From positions 2,374-66,373 of the forward strand of contig DBLZ01000042.1 of the NCBI GenBank assembly GCA_002297545.1: a DNA stretch of 64,000 nt, in the 5' to 3' direction. Source of the stretch: Prevotellaceae bacterium UBA711 (GTDB lineage Bacteria > Bacteroidota > Bacteroidia > Bacteroidales > Bacteroidaceae). Shown here in pieces: positions 38,666 through 46,077 of the stretch. The number at the start of each line of letters is the position of its first letter. Position 1 is the stretch's first letter. The notes beneath the pieces are model-generated. The model was given only the letters and a program-made list of their open reading frames with translations. It was not told where the DNA came from and ran no database searches. The position numbers and the translations under genes were made by a program.

Positions 38666-39144
38666 GAAGAATTGAAGGAACAGCCGGGGTTAAGCCCATC
38701 GAATGCACCCACCCGGCCAAAAACAAATGGCGCATACGCTGGAATATCCAACCGAATAACGACGGCTCGGCCACATACATGGAGGAGGAGTTCAACCACC
38801 GCCCCACTGACGAGGAAATCAGACAGACCATCATCGGCTGGTACAACGCCCAGACAGAGGAAAACATTCTGTCCGGCTTTGAATGGAACGGCATGAAAGT
38901 GTGGCTCTCCACGGAAAACCAGTTCAACTACAAGGCTGCCTATGACCTCGCCATACAGACTGACGGGGCAACGCTGCCTGTCACGTTCAAGTTCGGTACT
39001 GACGATACGCCATGCTATCACACATTCAACTCGGTCGGAGAACTGGCAGACTTCTATACCAAAGCTATGACGCACATACAGTCGTCACTGGAAAGAGGCT
39101 GGAACAATAAGGATGCCTTCCGCCCGGATACATACACGCTATGA
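38662..39144 (+). CDS. DUF4376-like protein, translationally coupled to the RT
   Basis: ATGA start/stop overlap with the RT. Pattern ..ILSGFEWNGMKVWLSTENQFNYKAAYDLA..LPVTFKFG.. resembles DUF4376. Confidence 0.45.
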   Translation: MRRIEGTAGVKPIECTHPAKNKWRIRWNIQPNNDGSATYMEEEFNHRPTDEEIRQTIIGWYNAQTEENILSGFEWNGMKVWLSTENQFNYKAAYDLAIQTDGATLPVTFKFGTDDTPCYHTFNSVGELADFYTKAMTHIQSSLERGWNNKDAFRPDTYTL

Positions 39145-39220
39145 CAATAGTCCCTTCGGGGGAGGGATAAAAAAGCCCCCGGCCTGTTAAAAATCATCTC
39201 ACCTACTTTTAACCAAAACA

Positions 39221-39271
39221 CCTGCACGGCGCACGACCGGGGGCTGTATGCCCTCGCTCGCGCCGTGCAGG
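39221..39271. repeat. 12-bp perfect inverted repeat (cctgcacggcgc / gcgccgtgcagg), 27-nt loop
   Basis: Read directly. Nested inside a second 8-bp pairing, catctcac (39195-39202) / gtgagatg (39313-39320). Confidence 0.6.
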
Positions 39272-39344
39272 CTGCGTTTGGTATTGCTGCGCACAGAATG
39301 CGCATAAGTAAGTGAGATGGTGCAAAGATACATATATTTTCCTT

Positions 39345-39599
39345 ATGAAGGTATTTGAGATAGTATATTTGAACAAAGATTTGCTGAAAATCTTTCAAGA
39401 AACAGGCATAAGATCCGATGACGTGCGATACATTGAGCTGTTCAATGAATACCGCACGATGGTGGCCAATAAGTATAAGGTGTCATATATAGTGGCTTCG
39501 CTCGCCACAAAATATGGCATCAGTGAGCGCAAGGTATATTACCTTATCAAACTGTTCAAATCGGACTGCATCCTGCATGCAGCGCAAAACGCGACATAA
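39345..39599 (+). CDS. Mor/C-family-like transcription activator
   Basis: C-terminal HTH VASLATKYGISERKVYYLIK resembles the Mor family. Start taken at the internal ATG 39345. Confidence 0.45.
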   Translation: MKVFEIVYLNKDLLKIFQETGIRSDDVRYIELFNEYRTMVANKYKVSYIVASLATKYGISERKVYYLIKLFKSDCILHAAQNAT

Positions 39600-39625
39600 A
39601 CGCCTCTTTTAAGCTGCAGTCGTAC

Positions 39626-39633
39626 TACCTTTG
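39626..39633 (+). promoter_or_regulatory. Bacteroides-type -7 promoter element (TACCTTTG)
   Basis: TAnnTTTG match, 24 nt upstream of the ATG at 39657. Confidence 0.4.
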
Positions 39634-39656
39634 CACATGTTTTCAAAAGTACGACC

Positions 39657-40295
39657 ATGAACAAGTATCATCAATTACTACACAGGATTCTCCTTGAGGG
39701 GAAGAACCAGACCAACAAGAAAGGCAATATCCGCTACCTGCTCAATGAGCTATTGAGCCTTACCCCTGCCGACCTCCTTGAGATATTCGAAGGCCACGGC
39801 ATCGCCAGGAAGAAGCTGCGCTCAGAGCTGCGTCTCTTCATGCAGGGTGAGCGCAACGTGGATAAGTATCGCGACGCAGGCATACACTGGTGGGACTATT
39901 GTGGCTCCATCCTCGTAAATTCATATCCCACATATTTCGAGAAGCTGCCGCCGCTCATTGACAAGATAAACCTGGAGAAACGCAACAGCAAAAACTATGT
40001 GCTGTTCCTCGGCTCCACCAACGTGGAGAGCAATCAGGCTCCATGCCTTAGCCTTGTGCAGTTCCAGATTGACGACGGGGAACTGGTGATATCGGCATAC
40101 CAGCGCAGTTCTGATGCCAACCTGGGACTGCCTGCCGACATATACCATCTGTATCTTATAGCCCGGCAGATAAACCTGCCGCTAAAGTCCATCACCATAC
40201 ATCTTGCCAACGTACACATCTACAATAACAACATCGATCATACACGCTCGCTGCTGGACGGCAACGAGGATGTAAAATTTGAACTGAACGTATAA
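39657..40295 (+). CDS. thymidylate synthase-family enzyme, predicted deoxycytidylate C5-modifying (hydroxymethylase/methylase-like)
   Basis: 212 aa. QAPCLSLVQFQ..YQRSSDANLGLPADIYHL aligns to ThyA APCHAFFQFY..YQRSCDVFLGLPFNIASY. The catalytic Cys is at aa 130. Asp161 occupies the Asn177 position. Confidence 0.75.
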   Translation: MNKYHQLLHRILLEGKNQTNKKGNIRYLLNELLSLTPADLLEIFEGHGIARKKLRSELRLFMQGERNVDKYRDAGIHWWDYCGSILVNSYPTYFEKLPPLIDKINLEKRNSKNYVLFLGSTNVESNQAPCLSLVQFQIDDGELVISAYQRSSDANLGLPADIYHLYLIARQINLPLKSITIHLANVHIYNNNIDHTRSLLDGNEDVKFELNV

Positions 40296-41150
40296 ATGAG
40301 AAAGCACTATCTGTCTGCCCCACTCCCTTTTGTGGGACAAAAGCGAATGTTCGCACGTGAGTTTATCAATGTCCTGAAGCAATTTCCCGAGGATACCGTC
40401 TTTGTCGACTTATTTGGCGGTTCCGGCTTGCTGTCGCATATCGCCAAATGCCAGAAGCCAAAGGCGACTGTTGTTTACAATGATTTTGACAATTATCGGA
40501 AGAGGTTGGATGCCGTACCACAGACAAACGAGCTGCTGGCCGATTTGCGAAAGATTGTATCAGGCATTCCACGCCTCAAGCCCATCACTGGTGAAAAACG
40601 AGACGACGTGCTTGAGTGTATCAAAGGATATGAACGGCGCTATGGCTATGTTGACTACATCACTCTGTCGCCATCGCTCCTGTTCTCCATGAAATATAAG
40701 CTGTGCATAGAGGACATACAAAAGGAGACGTTCTATAATAAAATCAGGGCTACTGACTATCCATTGTGCACGGACTACCTTGACGGCATCACCGTGGTAT
40801 CTTGTGATTACAGGAAATTGTACCGACAGTACAAGGACAATCCCGACGTAGTATTTCTGGTAGACCCTCCATACCTGAGTACCGATGTTGGCACATATAA
40901 CATGTACTGGAAAATGTCCGACTATCTGGATGTATTGAGCATCCTTGCCGGGTATCGCTTTGTGTACTTCACTTCTAACAAGTCCTCCATCCTGGAGCTG
41001 TGCGAATGGCTCGGAAGGAACCGCACCTTGGGCAATCCGTTTGAGCACTGTAAAAAAGTGGAATTCAACACCACCATGAACTACAATTCCTCCTATACGG
41101 ACATGATGCTATACACCAATACGGAGGATGGCATTAGGATTGCGTCCTAA
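40296..41150 (+). CDS. Dam-family (D12 class) N6-adenine DNA methyltransferase
   Basis: 284 aa. PFVGQKR, SAM motif DLFGGSG, catalytic DPPY. The ATG directly abuts the upstream TAA. Confidence 0.8.
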   Translation: MRKHYLSAPLPFVGQKRMFAREFINVLKQFPEDTVFVDLFGGSGLLSHIAKCQKPKATVVYNDFDNYRKRLDAVPQTNELLADLRKIVSGIPRLKPITGEKRDDVLECIKGYERRYGYVDYITLSPSLLFSMKYKLCIEDIQKETFYNKIRATDYPLCTDYLDGITVVSCDYRKLYRQYKDNPDVVFLVDPPYLSTDVGTYNMYWKMSDYLDVLSILAGYRFVYFTSNKSSILELCEWLGRNRTLGNPFEHCKKVEFNTTMNYNSSYTDMMLYTNTEDGIRIAS

Positions 41151-41170
41151 TGGCATTTTATTCCCGTTCT

Positions 41171-41223
41171 AACGCAACAGAAGGGCGTCCCAAGCAATTC
41201 CCGGGACGCCCTTCTGTTGCGTT
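41171..41223. terminator. bidirectional terminator, 21-bp perfect stem
   Basis: aacgcaacagaagggcgtccc / gggacgcccttctgttgcgtt between convergent transcription units. Confidence 0.7.
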
Positions 41224-41230
41224 TGTGTGG

Positions 41231-41668
41231 CTAATTTTGGCGCGTACAGCGCAACTCATACACTTCTATGCTCTCCACTATCTCGTCATGGTCGTGGTTG
41301 GTGTGGGTCTCTTTCAGTGTTAGGGCGGAATATGTCTGCCCTTGCATGCCCTCCAAAGCCCGCTGAATGTCCGCCGAGTAATCAAATACCTCCAGCAACT
41401 CGTCCTGATGGGGACTGCCGTCTGCAGCAGAACCGCTCCAATCCGTCACTACATGCAGCTTCAGCCTGCATGTCCCACGCAATGCCGCACGGCCTGTGAA
41501 TGGCTGCCATTCTATCGGACCAAACTCCACAAACACGGCAGGACGCGGCCAGTTGTCTTCCTGCTCTATGTATTCCACATTGCGGTTCCACAGGTCTATG
41601 TGCTTTATCTTGCCTTCGCCCACTGTCTTCAGGCGTTCACACAGGGCTTTGTACAGTTCTTTTCTCAT
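41231..41668 (-). CDS. head-tail joining / tail terminator-like protein
   Basis: 145 aa. Pattern ..IKHIDLWN....PAVFVEF...RLKLHVV resembles head-tail joining proteins. Coupled to the gpG-like gene (ATGA overlap). Confidence 0.4.
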   Translation of the reverse strand: MRKELYKALCERLKTVGEGKIKHIDLWNRNVEYIEQEDNWPRPAVFVEFGPIEWQPFTGRAALRGTCRLKLHVVTDWSGSAADGSPHQDELLEVFDYSADIQRALEGMQGQTYSALTLKETHTNHDHDEIVESIEVYELRCTRQN

Positions 41669-42219
41669 CTCAGTTCAAATTCATGGTTAAAATAGTCATT
41701 GAGGTTCTCTTCTATAATCTCTTTTACAAGTTTCTCCACCTCTGGGGACTGGCCGATGAACCGTCGGCGGGGTATGACTATGCTCTTGCCAACCTTCATC
41801 AGAGCCATCAGTCTCCAGAACTCAGCCTCGGTACTCAGGCGAATGGTGCGCTTGTCGTTTCTGCGCTCTCCGTTCTTCTTGCGTCCGAATGCCCCTGTGG
41901 CCTCGTAGTATTTTGCCCAGAAAAAACGCTTCATCTTTGCCGTCACCTTTATCTCGCCTCCATCGTTATGTATTCCGGCATAAGGCAGGTCGGAATGGAA
42001 TGTGATGCTGTTTTCCGAGGACTTGCTCTTGATGCTCCTGCGAAGTTGGCCAGTATGTACCAGTGTGGCTCCGCCGGAGCGCATGGGAGACTTGCGCCGG
42101 GTCCAAGCCTCTGAAAAGAAAGCCTGACGTTCAAAGTTCTTGTCAAACTCGTCCGTCAGGTCAACCCGTATATCCTTCAGTATATTGCGGACTATCCGCT
42201 GCATATCATTTGTTGCCAT
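41665..42219 (-). CDS. Mu gpG-like virion morphogenesis protein
   Basis: Start at the internal ATG 42219 (MATNDMQRIV). ..LVHTGQLRRSI...LPYAGIHNDGG.. matches the pattern of the phage virion morphogenesis family. Confidence 0.6.
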   Translation of the reverse strand: MATNDMQRIVRNILKDIRVDLTDEFDKNFERQAFFSEAWTRRKSPMRSGGATLVHTGQLRRSIKSKSSENSITFHSDLPYAGIHNDGGEIKVTAKMKRFFWAKYYEATGAFGRKKNGERRNDKRTIRLSTEAEFWRLMALMKVGKSIVIPRRRFIGQSPEVEKLVKEIIEENLNDYFNHEFELR

Positions 42220-42490
42220 GGTCAAAATCAAAAAACATTTGTACGTCCTCAGGCATGGTGTTTTTTGTCTCACAGGAGGCGTTGAGTATGTTATAAAATG
42301 TACGCTCGGATATACCATAAGTAGGATATACGTATCTGCGCCATATCTCGCGGTTGGAAACACCGTCTTTGGCGTGATCATCGTATATCCTATTTATGTC
42401 CTGGACTCTTTTCTGATAACTTACTCCGCGTCTCGGCATCGTGTCGTGTCTGTTTAGGATTCCGTCATGCCTAATGGAATTGGCTTCCAC
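42206..42490 (-). CDS. HTH protein, second Mor/C-like regulator candidate (alternative start 42439)
   Basis: ..YPTYGISERTFYNILN HTH, the same pattern as 39345..39599. Confidence 0.4.
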   Translation of the reverse strand: MEANSIRHDGILNRHDTMPRRGVSYQKRVQDINRIYDDHAKDGVSNREIWRRYVYPTYGISERTFYNILNASCETKNTMPEDVQMFFDFDHGNK

Positions 42491-43128
42491 TCTCCATTGT
42501 CGCCCTTCACCTCGGCACGGACAAACTGCTTGCTCACCGCAGGCTGGTAGCTTTCCTCTATGACTTGTACTCCTTCAAGGAAGCGTTCGTCACCTGTCTC
42601 CTGTGCCACTTTTCTCAGCTGCACGATGCGTGAGGCCTTCAGCGTGCCCTTGGCATCCCGGCTCAACAGTCTCAGCACCATGCTCACCAACGATTTGGTT
42701 TTCTCGTCCTTGGCAAGACTCTGGATGTATTCCTTCACTATAGCTATGCCCTCCTCCACCGTGTCGCGGTAACCGTCTGTCACATACACTCCCAGTGTGA
42801 TGCGCTTGTTTCCCTCGCTGTTGGTAAAGGTATGGCTGCGCTGGTCGGCCTTGATTTTTGTTTTGAAGAGGTCGGACTTCATCTCCAGTATGGTTTTGAA
42901 GTTGTCCATCACCTGTTGCTTGCTCTCCTTTATCTGCTCGCTGATACCCATCAACACGGGGATTGAACTCTCTATCTCCTCATCCACCATCTTGCGGTAC
43001 ATTTCACGGTCGGCCTTGGCCTTCTCCTCTGTAGCCCTCTTGGCCTTTGCAATCTGGAAAGCCTCGAATTCGGCCTTCTCTTCTGCCGTCATCATGACGG
43101 TTTGCTTGTTGTTGTCTTTCATATTCAA
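42454..43128 (-). CDS. DUF3164-like Mu-type early protein
   Basis: 224 aa, coiled-coil N-terminus. Position and general resemblance to DUF3164 proteins of Mu-like phages. Confidence 0.4.
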   Translation of the reverse strand: MNMKDNNKQTVMMTAEEKAEFEAFQIAKAKRATEEKAKADREMYRKMVDEEIESSIPVLMGISEQIKESKQQVMDNFKTILEMKSDLFKTKIKADQRSHTFTNSEGNKRITLGVYVTDGYRDTVEEGIAIVKEYIQSLAKDEKTKSLVSMVLRLLSRDAKGTLKASRIVQLRKVAQETGDERFLEGVQVIEESYQPAVSKQFVRAEVKGDNGEWKPIPLGMTES

Positions 43129-43142
43129 TACTGTTTTAATGT

Positions 43143-43325
43143 TTAGTCTTCCTCATAGTTCTGCATCTCCGCTTCCTGACAAAGTAATGTCTCTTCATAC
43201 TTGCCGTATGCCCACTCATGGAGGTCATTGTAAAACTCCTCACGTTCTTCAAGTGACAGCCATGTGCCGGCATCAAGTATCTGCACCTTCACTCTGTCCA
43301 GGAACTCTCGCGCTTGTTTTCTCAT
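43143..43325 (-). CDS. small acidic hypothetical protein
   Basis: 60-aa ORF co-oriented and tightly packed in the early operon. Confidence 0.3.
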   Translation of the reverse strand: MRKQAREFLDRVKVQILDAGTWLSLEEREEFYNDLHEWAYGKYEETLLCQEAEMQNYEED

Positions 43326-43330
43326 AGTAT

Positions 43331-43810
43331 TTAGTTTTTCGTGGCATTGGGATTGACAAAGATACCTGTCACCGCAACCGATTGTTGTTCGTTATTATTT
43401 CCATGTCTCAGCCCGCCTTTGCGCCAAATGGTGCGCAATTTGACAGCCAATGCCTCCAGATCTTCTACTGATAGCCTCGCAAATGGCTTTCCGGCGATTC
43501 GTGGGTCCTGGCAGAAACTGTTGATGCGTGCCCAACACGTGGTATCTATCCCCAACCTCTGCATCAGCTTCAGGCACTCACTGCGCCTCTTCTTCCGTTC
43601 ATCCTTCAGCCCGGCCAGTTCCTCCAGCACATCACAGCATCTGTTGTACTCATCGCGTGTCATCTCGCGGAGGCTGTCTGTGCGGTTCCAAGTGTACTGC
43701 AAGACAAGGCTTTTCTTGAACTCCTCCCTCTCACCATCGTATGCCAGCTTGTTGAATGCGGTGTAGAACCGGGCAAAATTGGTTATTTCCTGTGCCATAT
43801 CACTTTCCAT
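43331..43810 (-). CDS. GemA/gp16 (DUF1018)-like regulatory protein
   Basis: 159 aa. ..SLREMTRDEYNRCCDVLEEL.. and ..LSVEDLEALAVKLRTIWRKG resemble the Mu gp16 family. Confidence 0.45.
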   Translation of the reverse strand: MESDMAQEITNFARFYTAFNKLAYDGEREEFKKSLVLQYTWNRTDSLREMTRDEYNRCCDVLEELAGLKDERKKRRSECLKLMQRLGIDTTCWARINSFCQDPRIAGKPFARLSVEDLEALAVKLRTIWRKGGLRHGNNNEQQSVAVTGIFVNPNATKN

Positions 43811-44069
43811 TAAGGATTAACTCACACTCTGTTGTTTTTGTACTCACCCGATAAACAATTTTATCCGGCTTTATTGGGGATGCCTCATATTCCTTTTCGT
43901 GCTGTCTGACATATAGCTTCTTGAACTCTTTGCTCATCTTAGACAGTGTCTCTTTGCTGTATGTACCAGCAAATCCGATACGCGAGCTATACATCTTGCG
44001 GTACTTTCCCTCATACACTGTTGCTGTCAATGTTATTACCACAACACCAGACTTTATTTTACTCCCCAT
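43800..44069 (-). CDS. hypothetical early protein
   Basis: 89-aa ORF in the early operon. No motif recognised. Confidence 0.3.
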   Translation of the reverse strand: MGSKIKSGVVVITLTATVYEGKYRKMYSSRIGFAGTYSKETLSKMSKEFKKLYVRQHEKEYEASPIKPDKIVYRVSTKTTECELILNGK

Positions 44070-44070
44070 A

Positions 44071-44295
44071 TCAGCCTCCCTTCTTTGGTTTCCATTCTAT
44101 CGTCACTACCGCATCCACCTGGCCAGAGCCTCCACATATCGGACACGTTTTGGGTTCATCATGCCTGCACCATACTCCTTTGAAATAGCCCCGTCCTCCG
44201 CAATACCTACACGTGTGCCCTGGGCTTGTCATCAGTTCCTTGGTGCTACATCCTTTGGGCGGAGTCAGTTCCACCATTCTTGTCACCTTGCTCAT
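44071..44295 (-). CDS. small DnaJ-type zinc-finger protein
   Basis: Two CxxCxGxG repeats (CRYCGGRG, CPICGGSG). Confidence 0.5.
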   Translation of the reverse strand: MSKVTRMVELTPPKGCSTKELMTSPGHTCRYCGGRGYFKGVWCRHDEPKTCPICGGSGQVDAVVTIEWKPKKGG

Positions 44296-44300
44296 AATTG

Positions 44301-44516
44301 TTATTCCTTTATATTAACTTGACTATTCGGATAGCTTCTCTTTATCCGGGCTGCAAACAAAACATCTTTCGTTTCAATGACGACATGACCGTTTGTCTTG
44401 GCCCGTCGTACTCTTATGTCCGACTGCATGTTTCTCTCTGCCCAATCGTCTATTATCAAGCTCGCCTCGTGGATCTTCACCAGCAATTGGAAAGTCTCTG
44501 TCCCCTTGTATGCCAT
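44301..44516 (-). CDS. hypothetical early protein
   Basis: 71-aa ORF in the early operon. Confidence 0.3.
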   Translation of the reverse strand: MAYKGTETFQLLVKIHEASLIIDDWAERNMQSDIRVRRAKTNGHVVIETKDVLFAARIKRSYPNSQVNIKE

Positions 44517-44537
44517 TGCCCGTCTCCTTTCTATTTG

Positions 44538-45164
44538 TTATTGCACAAGATTGTTGCTTGTCTGTATTATACCTTCCTCCCATACCACGAAATAGCTGCC
44601 TGCCTCACCGATGGCACGTCCTTGGCAGTATGCCTTGTACCCGACCACACGCACCTTCATGTCGCATATATACCTAAGTTTGATGGCACCACCTCCCATC
44701 GGCTGGCTCTTTTTCTCCTGGCTTACCCAGATAAAGCACTTCCTTGGAAAAAGTTTCATCAAATCTACAGCATTGGGATAATCCCAAGGAGCAACCTGGA
44801 AGGAGTCTACAATAATGAACTTCGGGCTCTTGGGCTTTTTCAGCCTGGCAATGACTTCCTCATAACTCTCATCCACCGCCACTCGGAACTTGCCTTGTAC
44901 CTCGTTCATCTTCAAATACCCACATCTCCGCTGAAAACTTTGGTTCACTCCCTCCTCATAGCTAAGATACAGCACCGTCCCATAGTTGCACAGCTCCTTA
45001 CCCAACTGCATCACGAAGCTGCTCTTGCCTGCTGCACTGGCTCCACTGATGAACCAGGAGGCGGTATCCGCTGGGAAACCGAATGGCTTGCTCCACTTTT
45101 CTTCCCACGGCAACGTTACCCATTTCTTGGAGGCTATGTCTTTAGGACTATATGCTCGTTTCAT
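44538..45164 (-). CDS. RecA/KaiC-like P-loop NTPase
   Basis: Walker A GASAAGKSSF, Walker B KFIIVDSF. 208 aa. ATGA-type overlap with the MuB-like gene. Confidence 0.55.
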   Translation of the reverse strand: MKRAYSPKDIASKKWVTLPWEEKWSKPFGFPADTASWFISGASAAGKSSFVMQLGKELCNYGTVLYLSYEEGVNQSFQRRCGYLKMNEVQGKFRVAVDESYEEVIARLKKPKSPKFIIVDSFQVAPWDYPNAVDLMKLFPRKCFIWVSQEKKSQPMGGGAIKLRYICDMKVRVVGYKAYCQGRAIGEAGSYFVVWEEGIIQTSNNLVQ

Positions 45165-46039
45165 ACCATCGCCATTTTAAGCTTCTCTATCTCTGTATAT
45201 ACTCGCCTCAACCCTCCATGTGTCTTGCGTACTATTTGAGCCACGTCGGCACCTTCGGGAGCATTCACCCTGGCCACAATACGTGCCTGTGCATTTATGA
45301 AGGCCTCACGCTCCTTTCCGTCATCGGGTGTCACTTTACTATAACGGTCACCATAACGGCTCAACATCTCGGTATAACCAACCTTCTTGCATTCTATGGA
45401 GCGGTTTATCTTCTCCTTCAAACCGTCAGCACCCATCATATACCAGGCGCAGCATCGCTCGGTGGCGTTCCACAGGGCTTTTAACTCCAGGAATGCCTCA
45501 TACTGCAAGTCACCGGCCTCGTCCAAAATGATAAGCGGGTTCTCCATGGAGCGCAGATAGTACACCAAATCCTCGTAAACATCAGCATACCTGCCCTTGG
45601 CATCCACACCGAACTCCGAGGCTATCTTACGTACCAGCTTCAGCTTTGTCTTTACCTGCGAACAGTCCACATACACAGCGTTGCGGTGGTTCTGCACATA
45701 ATAGCGTGCCGTGAATGTCTTGCCTATGTTGGGAATATCACAAAGTATGGCTGAAAGACATGACCTCTGAGAGAACTCCAGCTGTGCGGTGATATACTCA
45801 AATGTGGCTGTCTTGGCTGCTTTCCACTCCATATTGGCACGTAGGCTCACACCCAAACGCCTGGCGATACCAATCCATGAACCTTCACTCAGGGCCTTGT
45901 CTGTCTGCCCGTTCTTGATGGCACTGTAAACCGAGGTGCTGATACCGAGGGAGGCAGCATGTTTCGCGTCACTCGGATAGTTCACACGGTTAGCGGCTAT
46001 CGCTTCCAAAATCTTCTGTTTCTGTGCTTCTGTAATCAT
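45161..46039 (-). CDS. MuB-like AAA+ transposition ATPase
   Basis: N-terminal HTH, Walker A DIPNIGKTF, Walker B LIILDEAG. Immediately downstream of the transposase gene. Confidence 0.75.
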   Translation of the reverse strand: MITEAQKQKILEAIAANRVNYPSDAKHAASLGISTSVYSAIKNGQTDKALSEGSWIGIARRLGVSLRANMEWKAAKTATFEYITAQLEFSQRSCLSAILCDIPNIGKTFTARYYVQNHRNAVYVDCSQVKTKLKLVRKIASEFGVDAKGRYADVYEDLVYYLRSMENPLIILDEAGDLQYEAFLELKALWNATERCCAWYMMGADGLKEKINRSIECKKVGYTEMLSRYGDRYSKVTPDDGKEREAFINAQARIVARVNAPEGADVAQIVRKTHGGLRRVYTEIEKLKMAMV

Positions 46040-46077
46040 AGTTCAAACGCCGTTATAATGTTGTTCTAATCATATTC

